Of a stretch of DNA of 64,000 nucleotides, positions 56,154 to 64,000 are shown in pieces. How positions within the stretch are numbered: position 1 is the first letter of the stretch; each line of letters begins with the position of its first letter. A program made the position numbers and the translations under genes. Origin of the DNA: a virus; IMG/VR virus record IMGVR_UViG_3300009104_000008, positions 23,385 through 87,384 of that record; one strand, given 5' to 3'. Below the pieces are notes generated by a model. The model was not told the origin of the DNA, did no database searches, and saw nothing but the letters and a program-made list of their open reading frames with translations.

Positions 56154-57584
56154 ATGGCAGTAATAGATGAATATTTTGAGGAATTCCCAGAAATGGCGGG
56201 AGAGTATAAAATGCAATTGCCTAATTTAATTAGGGCATATGTTAAAGATGGAACTGATGTATCTAAATATAATGAAGTTCCTGCAACACTAACATTTTTT
56301 AATTTATTAGGGCAAATAGTAAAAGATAAGGTTGTAATTGTAAGGGGTAAAGGTAGAGAAGATACTAGAGTTCCTATATTATGGTTACAAACTTCAGGAA
56401 CAGGTAAAACTGAATTGTTTAATTTCTATGGACCAATTGCAGAAAAGGTATTTGAAATATTAAATACTAAATATGGGCATGAATATGATATATTTGATAT
56501 CACTGATTTTACTGATGCGGCTTTAATTGGTTCTATGAAACAAGAAAGACAAACATCAGAAGATGAAGATGGAAACCCTATTACTACTTTTGTTGATGTT
56601 CAAACCAAAGGAGCATTAGAAGGTAGTGGGTTAATGGTATTCGATGAGTTTGAGTATTCGGGTGTATTTAAGCAATCACAACATAAAGAAAATGTTATTG
56701 TATATTTGAATAAATTAATGAATACATTACATGGCAATAACTATGTTATTAAGAAGAAATTGAAAGATGGAGATACTCCTATTATTTGCGATTGTCGGCG
56801 TTCACCATATGCTACTTCTTATATTCCTAAAGGGCTTACTACCGTTATTGCAGAAAAAGGTGTCCTACAAAGAATGTTAATTTATATTTATGAAGTTCCT
56901 CAAGAAATTCAAGATGAAATAAGAGAAAAATTGCTAATGGAAGTAGGCCATGAAATAGACCAACAAATGCCCATTACAAGGTATGCAAATGCATTTGTTA
57001 AAATTTATGAAACCTTAGATGAAAGGTATGAAGAAGTTGGGGAAAATCCTAAAAAGGTTATTCAATATAGTGATGGATTCAACGATGCTTTAGTTAGGGA
57101 ATACCATTCTATGCGAGATTATGTTAGCCACAGTAGGCCAGAAGTTTTTGAAGTCGCGGGAAATTTTATCACCAGATTGAACAATCACATGATTAGATTG
57201 GCTGTTCTATGTTGTATCGCAGAATCGCCCGGAATTGAAGATAAAAGTAAGAGATTTATTTGCACCCCTAAACATATTACTCAGGCTTCTTCACTCATTC
57301 GACATTGTTATAAGAGCCTTGTATCTTGGCTTGATGACGCACTCCGAGTTGAAAAACAAGTCGCGCAAGATAACGCCAATATGGGAGCATTTAAGCAAGC
57401 ATATACTGAATTGAAAGATAAAGACGGTTGGGTTAATAAAGCAAGATTAATCAGCAGAGTAAGGGAAATAACAAAGAAGAGTCAATCAACTCTATATAAT
57501 TGGTGGGATATAGTCGGAGTAAACTTTGAAGAGGACACAATTTCTCGAAAGAAATATGTTAAATTAAAAGAGGTTAAAATATGA
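56154..57584 (+). CDS. AAA+ ATPase, probable replicative (MCM-like) helicase with C-terminal wHTH
   Basis: TSGTGKT, TDAALIGS, VFDEF, GVLQR arginine finger. Confidence 0.7.
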   Translation: MAVIDEYFEEFPEMAGEYKMQLPNLIRAYVKDGTDVSKYNEVPATLTFFNLLGQIVKDKVVIVRGKGREDTRVPILWLQTSGTGKTELFNFYGPIAEKVFEILNTKYGHEYDIFDITDFTDAALIGSMKQERQTSEDEDGNPITTFVDVQTKGALEGSGLMVFDEFEYSGVFKQSQHKENVIVYLNKLMNTLHGNNYVIKKKLKDGDTPIICDCRRSPYATSYIPKGLTTVIAEKGVLQRMLIYIYEVPQEIQDEIREKLLMEVGHEIDQQMPITRYANAFVKIYETLDERYEEVGENPKKVIQYSDGFNDALVREYHSMRDYVSHSRPEVFEVAGNFITRLNNHMIRLAVLCCIAESPGIEDKSKRFICTPKHITQASSLIRHCYKSLVSWLDDALRVEKQVAQDNANMGAFKQAYTELKDKDGWVNKARLISRVREITKKSQSTLYNWWDIVGVNFEEDTISRKKYVKLKEVKI

Positions 57585-57871
57585 AAACAACAGAAGAAGT
57601 TAAAGCAATGGAATATGAAGATTTAGAGTTATACTATTTCTTAAGAAGGTCATGGTGGGAACTTGATGAGTTCTTGGCCTTAATTAAAGGTAAGAATAAT
57701 AACCATCAGCACATATTATTTGGAACATTCCATACAATCGCAAACGAGGAAAGGAAAGTTATTAATAGTATGGTATTAAAGGCTAAAAAGGCCAAGCACC
57801 ATGATGATGTTTATGCTTCAATAAAGATAATAACAAATCATTGTAATAAAGATTATTGTGATTGTGAGTGA
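57581..57871 (+). CDS. Hypothetical protein
   Basis: GAGG RBS, ATGA coupling. Confidence 0.6.
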   Translation: MKTTEEVKAMEYEDLELYYFLRRSWWELDEFLALIKGKNNNHQHILFGTFHTIANEERKVINSMVLKAKKAKHHDDVYASIKIITNHCNKDYCDCE

Positions 57872-58118
57872 TAATATGGATAAATATGAACATGACTTTA
57901 TGATTTTTAAAGTCACTGATGGGCCAAAGGTTATTACTGAGGCACTTAATACTAAAGGTAAAGATGGTTGGAATATGAGAGGCGTAATTAATATAGGCAA
58001 TCTAAATTTATGTATTTGGATTGTTAGAAACATTACATCTAAAACACCTGACCCAGAGGCGGCAGAAAAAAGTATGCTATCTGAGTTATGGTCAGATATG
58101 AAAGACATTGTAGATTAA
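57858..58118 (+). CDS. DUF4177-like small protein
   Basis: KYEH...LNTKGKDGW. Confidence 0.55.
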   Translation: MIVSDNMDKYEHDFMIFKVTDGPKVITEALNTKGKDGWNMRGVINIGNLNLCIWIVRNITSKTPDPEAAEKSMLSELWSDMKDIVD

Positions 58119-58724
58119 ATGGTGATTGAAATGAGCGTATTAGCAATAGACTTAGAAACAAAAAACTATTCACATGAAATTGGCGGGTGGGGTAATACTC
58201 ATATGTTTAAAGTTTCAACTGTATGCACTTGGGATGGGGATAAAGGCACAATATATATTGATAAGGCAATAGATGATTTAAAGAAATCTAATGTTGAAGT
58301 GAAACCAATATCAGAATTAAAATATGATTTAGATAACCATAAAGAAGAAGGTGGAGTATTATTAGGACATAATATTGTGGGCTTTGATTTACCTGTATTA
58401 AAAAATGCATTAGATATTTATTGCATAAAAAAATACTTAGATGATAAGTCTTATGTTGATACTAGCCATTACTTAAGTAAAGAACATGGTGAAAGATATA
58501 GTTTGTCTAATCTAGTATTTAACACGCTAGGTTCAGATAAACTAATGAATAGTGAAGATGCCCCTAAAGTATGGAAATCGGGTGGCTATAGTGAAGTTGC
58601 TGAATATTGTTTGAAAGACTGCCAATTAGTATATGATTTATGGCGGCATGGTCAAGATAATGGGGTTGTTAAAGGCCTATCAATAAAAGAAGAAGAAGTG
58701 TTAGATTTAAAAGTGGAGTGGTAA
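58119..58724 (+). CDS. DEDD 3'-5' exonuclease (RNase H-like)
   Basis: IDLET, GHNIVGFDLP, YCLKD. Confidence 0.85.
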   Translation: MVIEMSVLAIDLETKNYSHEIGGWGNTHMFKVSTVCTWDGDKGTIYIDKAIDDLKKSNVEVKPISELKYDLDNHKEEGGVLLGHNIVGFDLPVLKNALDIYCIKKYLDDKSYVDTSHYLSKEHGERYSLSNLVFNTLGSDKLMNSEDAPKVWKSGGYSEVAEYCLKDCQLVYDLWRHGQDNGVVKGLSIKEEEVLDLKVEW

Positions 58725-58727
58725 AAA

Positions 58728-58883
58728 ATGGATACTATGGAGATAATTATGTGGATTCTCTTTGTCCTTATAATTTCCTTGTTGTTTTTCGCAGCATTTG
58801 GAAATTCTAAGTATAGTGAGAGTTCTATTGAAGAATATATGCAAAAATTGATAGAAGAGGAAAAAGGAAATGGCCCTTCGTGA
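58728..58883 (+). CDS. Small membrane protein (51 aa)
   Basis: Hydrophobic N-terminal helix. Confidence 0.55.
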   Translation: MDTMEIIMWILFVLIISLLFFAAFGNSKYSESSIEEYMQKLIEEEKGNGPS

Positions 58884-59013
58884 ACAATGTTTTTTATGTG
58901 GCGAGCATACAATTCCAAAAAGAATACATGGAGTTTATATCGGTTCACCTAAAACATTGAAGATTTGGGAATGTAGGGAATGTAAAGCCTTATGGTCAGA
59001 ACACGCTGATTAG
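58870..59013 (+). CDS. Small zinc-ribbon protein (47 aa)
   Basis: CFLC...WECRECKALW. Confidence 0.6.
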   Translation: MALREQCFLCGEHTIPKRIHGVYIGSPKTLKIWECRECKALWSEHAD

Positions 59014-59050
59014 TGTGTTTTGGCTATAGGGTAGTTTTTTTTTAGGTTTT
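59000..59050 (+). terminator. Probable terminator of the replication operon
   Basis: AACACGCT/AGTGTGTT hairpin then a long T-run. Confidence 0.5.
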
Positions 59051-59104
59051 TGAAATGTCAAAAAAATGAATGAAATTCGATTAATTGTAACAAAAGGTGA
59101 TTAA

Positions 59105-59407
59105 ATGGCATTAAAAGTAAATGTAGCAACAGGAATGGGTCTTCTCGCAATAGATGCTCATGTAGTAATAAAAGAGATAGCACTTCAAAAAGAAAAGAAA
59201 GAAGACGGAACTGTTTATAGAGTAATCTATGGCGGTTTAGTTTGGTTAAGTGAAGATACTTACAAAGAAGAAAAGAACCCTATAGAAGGATTCAACTATT
59301 TCTTTGAGTTAAATGTTAATCCTAAAAAGAATCATCATAATATTTGGAAACAATGCTATATGCACCTTAAAAAGCAAAAAGAGTTTGAGCATTGCGTTGA
59401 TGTATAA
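59105..59407 (+). CDS. Paralogue of tail-associated protein 59668-59967, opposite orientation
   Basis: MAL...KQCYxHLK...D shared; GGTGA RBS. Confidence 0.75.
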   Translation: MALKVNVATGMGLLAIDAHVVIKEIALQKEKKEDGTVYRVIYGGLVWLSEDTYKEEKNPIEGFNYFFELNVNPKKNHHNIWKQCYMHLKKQKEFEHCVDV

Positions 59408-59667
59408 TCCTCTTATTTGCGGAGTTTAAATACTCTCAAGTTTTGGATTGAAATGTTAGTCCAAAAGGCTAATAAGTTAATCCAATGAAGTGCTGTTCTC
59501 CGGCATTTTATTACCCACCCCTTAGATGCCCTAGTTTGGGCCTATACTTGTGCCGCATACCCCAGATAGAGATGGATATTGGGCCTGTTTAAGTTCGTTT
59601 TAGGGGGCTAAAAAAACTCAAAATGATAGGCATTTTTTTGTGTTTTTATTTATGCAAATAAATTATA

Positions 59668-59967
59668 TTAACTATCTATTGCATCAGTAAATCCGTCTTG
59701 TTCCTTTAAGTGAAGGTAACACTGTTTCAGTAAATTATACTGTGTCTTAGCATTAGCGATATTTAGTGTGGTTGTATAACTCTTACCACCAAAGGGATGT
59801 TCTCCTTCTTCTTTCGCTTCTTCGTTCTTGTAGAGTTTAACTGTGTAACTCACATTAACTCCATCATCATTTTCCATATTATCAAAAGACGCTCTCGCAA
59901 TCTTTGCATATACATTGGGGATTGTTACCCCTAATTCTTCGTGTTCATAGTCTAGTTCTAACGCCAT
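59668..59967 (-). CDS. Small tail-fibre-associated protein (chaperone-like)
   Basis: Last gene of fibre operon; KQCYLHLK motif. Confidence 0.65.
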   Translation of the reverse strand: MALELDYEHEELGVTIPNVYAKIARASFDNMENDDGVNVSYTVKLYKNEEAKEEGEHPFGGKSYTTTLNIANAKTQYNLLKQCYLHLKEQDGFTDAIDS

Positions 59968-59993
59968 TTTATCATCTTCTTTTTTTCTTTTAT

Positions 59994-60608
59994 CTAATTT
60001 GTCCATTCTAGTTTAATGGTTAGAGTGTCTGTAGTAGAACCGCCTTCATCTTCAACTATTGCATTAAAATTAAAGGTTAAATAATCACCTGCTTCGGGAG
60101 TAACTATTCCTCCTTTACCTGAAGGAAATATCATTCTTAAGTTTATTTCATAACCATCTCCATCTGCTACACCGCTTGTTCCATCTGCTACCTCAATGGG
60201 AGTTCCCGAAGAAGAAGCACTAGTAAAGTAATTCCCTGTTTGGTCCATATTATCAGTATCTATTGCATCTATAGTATATTCATAACTTTGAATAGTTCCT
60301 ACACCAGCAACAGCCCTTGTATAACCACCTAAGTAAATCCTACTAGAACCAGACCCTAAATCATTTTGTGCAGCAAAAAATTCATCTTGGTCTAAAGAGA
60401 AGGTTAAATGCGGAGAACTAGAACTTGCACTACCACCAGTATATGATATATATGGCGGGTCACCCGGTAAATCGGCTATTATTTCTGAATATACTATCAT
60501 ATCATCTGCATAATTACCAGAAGAAGATGTAGATATATTTACAGTTGGCGCACCTCCACCTTGATTCCCTTGTTGGGCTACTACCCCAACTGTGCCTATG
60601 AAACTCAT
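59994..60608 (-). CDS. Tail/fibre-associated beta-rich protein
   Basis: Gly/Ser/Thr-rich; ATGA-coupled to fibre gene. Confidence 0.65.
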   Translation of the reverse strand: MSFIGTVGVVAQQGNQGGGAPTVNISTSSSGNYADDMIVYSEIIADLPGDPPYISYTGGSASSSSPHLTFSLDQDEFFAAQNDLGSGSSRIYLGGYTRAVAGVGTIQSYEYTIDAIDTDNMDQTGNYFTSASSSGTPIEVADGTSGVADGDGYEINLRMIFPSGKGGIVTPEAGDYLTFNFNAIVEDEGGSTTDTLTIKLEWTN

Positions 60609-63600
60609 GCTCCCACCTGAACCCAATGGCTTGCATTATTTATTGTTGCAACGCAAACATAGGATGTAGCATCATTATCTGCTACTGCTGCATTAGTAGC
60701 CCAATTAGCCACAATACCATCTGAAACATCGCCAACTGCTACTGTTCCACTTGAACCTGTATTATTGAATATGGTAAATTGAGTTCCAACTGCCGCATCT
60801 GTTGGTAATGCTAAATCACCTGCTGTCCAATATACATATGAACCGCTTTGTGCCTGTGTTAATACTGTGCTACTTCCTGATGCTAATACAACATCTGCTA
60901 ATTGATTTAATGATACATTACCGTTTGAATCACCTGTAATCCAAGTTGATGTTGTCGAACCATCATTACCTGCAATAATGAGTTGTCTATCGTCACTATT
61001 ATTCGGAGCATCAACATCATAACCGATGATAACGCATCCATCGCCTGAGAGATTTGGTGTTTGTGCTGATGTGCCAATAGCGATATTCTTGTCACCACTT
61101 ACATACCATCCCGCATTATCTCCAATGAATGTGTTTGACCCACCTGTTGAGTATTGACCTGCTCCATATCCTACATACACAGTATAACTACCATCTCCAC
61201 CTTGACCAGCAAAACTTCCAATTGAAGTAACTCGCCCGCCTTGTTGATTATTCTGAGATGCGCTATATCCTACTGCTACATTGTATGATACTGCTTCTGA
61301 ATCTTTGGCACTATATGTTCCAATAAATGTATTAGAGTGTCCTGTCGTTAATCCCGAACCTGCATCATAACCAACCAAAACATCATTTGAACCACTTGTC
61401 TTATTATCTCCGGCATAGTTTCCAATTGCGACATTCTTCGCTCCGCCTGCAACAGAACCGCCTAAAGCATCGTAACCTATTGCTATGTTATCTGATTCGG
61501 TGTCAAAGCCATCTCCGGCTTTCATACCAATCAAAGTGTTTCTTTCTCCGGTTGTGATATTTTGACCTGCACTTGCCCCAAGCGCAGTATTATCGCTTCC
61601 GGTGCTAATCTCTCTTAGTGAATACCTACCTACTGCGGTATTTTCATCGCCCTCCGTAAGTCCATGCATTGATTGGGCACCAATAGCGATATTTCTCTTT
61701 ATGTTGTTTGTAGCAGAAGCACCAATAGCCAAATAACCAATTGCTATATTCTCAGAACCCGTAGTATGATACCTTAATGCGCCCTGTCCTATTGCGATTT
61801 GGTTGCTTTCAGTAGTAATATCACTTAATGCTTGGTCGCCTAAAGCGATATTATTGCTTCCACCAGTTAATGCTTCAAGAGCCGTTAGCCCGAAACCAAT
61901 GTTATTATCGCCGGAAGTTAATGCTTTGAATACATCTTTACCAATACCTATATTGTTTGTCGCCCCATCCAATGTTCCTGTTGTTGGTGCTGAACCATCA
62001 CTATTAGTCTGTATTAGAATTGAATCGGTAAAGTTAGTATCATCCATTAATACATCTGATAAATCATCTAATGCAGAAGCACCGCCACTTGAAAGAGTGG
62101 CCCAAGTTAATGTTCCACTACCATCGGTCTTGAGGTATTGATTTGCTGAACCATCTGCGGCAGGGAATGTAAATGCGTCATTAAAAGTAATTGCCCCTGC
62201 TGATGTTCCATGAATCCATTTGGTTCTTCCTGTTCCATCAAAGTTCGCTATTGCTAATTCACGACCTGTTGTAGCACCTGTCATACCATCATCATTACCA
62301 ATGACTATTTTTCCATCTCCGGTTGTAACATTTGTTCCGGCATTATTACCTATCATTACATTGTAATTGCCTTCTGTTACCCCTATACCACATTCATAAC
62401 CAAGTATGGTGTTGCTAATTCCAGTTGTAATTGCTTTTCCGTTATCATATCCGAATAGAGAGTTTCTTTGCCCCGAAGTCATTAATGTTCCTGTTCCATA
62501 ACCAACAGCAGTATTGAAATCCCCTGTAAGAGCCGCATCAAGTGAAAAGTTACCAATGGCGATATTCTTTTCTGCACCATCAATAGCACCACCGAGAGCA
62601 CCCCTTCCAATGGCTAAATTATTACTTTCTGTGTCTGCACCATCTAATGCTTCATATCCTATAGCGATGTTATAATCACCTGTTGTATTTGCCGCTAAAG
62701 CACTCTTACCAATGGCTATATTGGAATCTGCGCCTGTTGCCGAGCCAAGTGCAGAACGACCTATTGCTACATTGTAAAATCCCGTCAAAACACCATCAAG
62801 TGTTTCTGTGCCTATACCTATGTTATCCTCTCCGGATGTAGCATTTCTGAATGATTGGAAACCTAACCCGATGTTTCTATGACCCGTTAAAACACCTGTT
62901 TCATTTGCTTCATATCCCATCATAATGTTGTAATCGCCCGATGTTATCGCTTTGAAAACATCTTTACCAATGCCGATATTACCTGTTGCGCTACTTAGAG
63001 TTCCTGTTGTCGGTGCTGAACCATCACTATCTGTTTGAAGTAAAAATCCATCAACCCAATTAGTAGCATCCATCAATACATCGTCTAAACTACCAATAGC
63101 AGAAGCACCGCCACTACTTGCGGCTTCCCAAGCAACACCACTTCCTGTTGAAGTTAGAACATCACCATCAGAACCTTGCGCTCCACCAATAGTTAAGTTA
63201 TCTGTTTCTAATGTTCCATCAACATCAACATCACCGGATATATCAAGACTTGTTGCTTCTACTTCTCCTGATGCTTTCATTTTTATTACAGGAGTTTCAT
63301 TGTTAGTTTTGAAATGAATTTCATTATCTGTAGTAAAATCTATATTGTTATGTGCATCTCTACCAATAACTCTTGCTGTGTTATAATCAGTAGTAATTCC
63401 TGTTTGTGCACCAGAAACAGCAATAGTTCCTGTTGTTGTAATTGTTCCACCTGAAAGGCCTGTTCCTGCAACTATTTGTGTAACAGTTCCAGTTGAACCT
63501 GCACCACTTAATGTCTGCCATGTTCCATCTCCACGCAAATACTTTGCTGCATCACCTGTTTCTGCTATTGGAACTAAACCAGCAGTAGAACCAATAGAAG

Positions 63601-64000
63601 AATCAGCACCTCCAAATTCAGGAATATATGAATCTTCAGCAGTTGAACTAGCATCAGTCTTTGTTATTCTAATAGTTCTATGCGCTTTAGCCTTTAATGC
63701 TGTATTTACAGTATGAGCAGCAGCAGTTGTTCCTCTTGCGGCTCTTGTAACTTTTAATCCATGATTAACATCGTCTCCTGCATTATTAGTTGGTGTGGAT
63801 GCTTCGGTAGAAGCCTTCTTTATTAATCTAACTTCTTCATTATCTATTTTTAATATCTGTCCAAAAAGATGACCAAACTTTGCTTCTTGTGTTGAGGTTA
63901 ATACAATCCAAATATCTTCTTCATCCATTGCTTTTTCTATTTGTTCACTAAGTTCTTCTGTTATTCCTGCATCTGCTATACTACTAATACCAGAATCATA
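60605..64000 (-). CDS. Tail fibre/adhesin with N-x-A-I-G-x-x-A (~14 aa) beta-roll repeats, 5'-truncated by window
   Basis: Dozens of NxAxG repeats; LKTDGSGTLTW and YLRGDGTW fibre motifs; frame open to 64000. Confidence 0.85.
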   Translation of the reverse strand, partial: YDSGISSIADAGITEELSEQIEKAMDEEDIWIVLTSTQEAKFGHLFGQILKIDNEEVRLIKKASTEASTPTNNAGDDVNHGLKVTRAARGTTAAAHTVNTALKAKAHRTIRITKTDASSTAEDSYIPEFGGADSSIGSTAGLVPIAETGDAAKYLRGDGTWQTLSGAGSTGTVTQIVAGTGLSGGTITTTGTIAVSGAQTGITTDYNTARVIGRDAHNNIDFTTDNEIHFKTNNETPVIKMKASGEVEATSLDISGDVDVDGTLETDNLTIGGAQGSDGDVLTSTGSGVAWEAASSGGASAIGSLDDVLMDATNWVDGFLLQTDSDGSAPTTGTLSSATGNIGIGKDVFKAITSGDYNIMMGYEANETGVLTGHRNIGLGFQSFRNATSGEDNIGIGTETLDGVLTGFYNVAIGRSALGSATGADSNIAIGKSALAANTTGDYNIAIGYEALDGADTESNNLAIGRGALGGAIDGAEKNIAIGNFSLDAALTGDFNTAVGYGTGTLMTSGQRNSLFGYDNGKAITTGISNTILGYECGIGVTEGNYNVMIGNNAGTNVTTGDGKIVIGNDDGMTGATTGRELAIANFDGTGRTKWIHGTSAGAITFNDAFTFPAADGSANQYLKTDGSGTLTWATLSSGGASALDDLSDVLMDDTNFTDSILIQTNSDGSAPTTGTLDGATNNIGIGKDVFKALTSGDNNIGFGLTALEALTGGSNNIALGDQALSDITTESNQIAIGQGALRYHTTGSENIAIGYLAIGASATNNIKRNIAIGAQSMHGLTEGDENTAVGRYSLREISTGSDNTALGASAGQNITTGERNTLIGMKAGDGFDTESDNIAIGYDALGGSVAGGAKNVAIGNYAGDNKTSGSNDVLVGYDAGSGLTTGHSNTFIGTYSAKDSEAVSYNVAVGYSASQNNQQGGRVTSIGSFAGQGGDGSYTVYVGYGAGQYSTGGSNTFIGDNAGWYVSGDKNIAIGTSAQTPNLSGDGCVIIGYDVDAPNNSDDRQLIIAGNDGSTTSTWITGDSNGNVSLNQLADVVLASGSSTVLTQAQSGSYVYWTAGDLALPTDAAVGTQFTIFNNTGSSGTVAVGDVSDGIVANWATNAAVADNDATSYVCVATINNASHWVQVGA

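Noticed and set aside
28797-58948. Minus-strand ORFs within the plus-strand arm
   Set aside because: Antisense shadows of well-supported genes
60605-64000. Diversity-generating retroelement acting on the fibre (with 24630-24700 as template)
   Set aside because: No reverse transcriptase in window; mismatches are third-position, not adenine-specific
1-64000. Stop-codon reassignment
   Set aside because: Standard code gives dense full-length genes; TAA, TGA and TAG all end genes; no suppressor tRNA

Overview
This 64 kb AT-rich window comes from a tailed dsDNA virus (Caudoviricetes) of an archaeon. Gene content and GGTGA/GGAGA ribosome-binding sites fit a marine euryarchaeal (Poseidoniales/MGII-type, 'magrovirus'-like) head-tail virus; the host assignment is inference. 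(1) 1-20.7 kb, minus strand: head module with MCP start, prohead protease, portal, TerL, a TerS candidate, a large ATP-dependent ligase and many small proteins sharing an N-terminal W-x-x-x-[LIVF]-K motif. (2) 20.7-26 kb: divergent control region with a repeated palindromic promoter and two paralogous genes, each enclosed by complementary 5'/3' UTR arms. (3) 26-59.4 kb, plus strand: 2 tRNAs, class II RNR, TFB, a ubiquitin-like protein with E1 and JAB, two histone-fold candidates, and an archaeal-type replisome (ligase, RFC, RPA, PCNA, split PolB, Cas4-like nuclease, primase, XPF, MCM-like ATPase). (4) 59.7-64 kb, minus strand: tail fibre genes. Best novelty candidates: the 'panhandle' paralogue pair, the viral Ubl/E1/JAB system, the putative capsid-targeting motif and the two histone folds. 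All calls are by eye from motifs; no searches were run.
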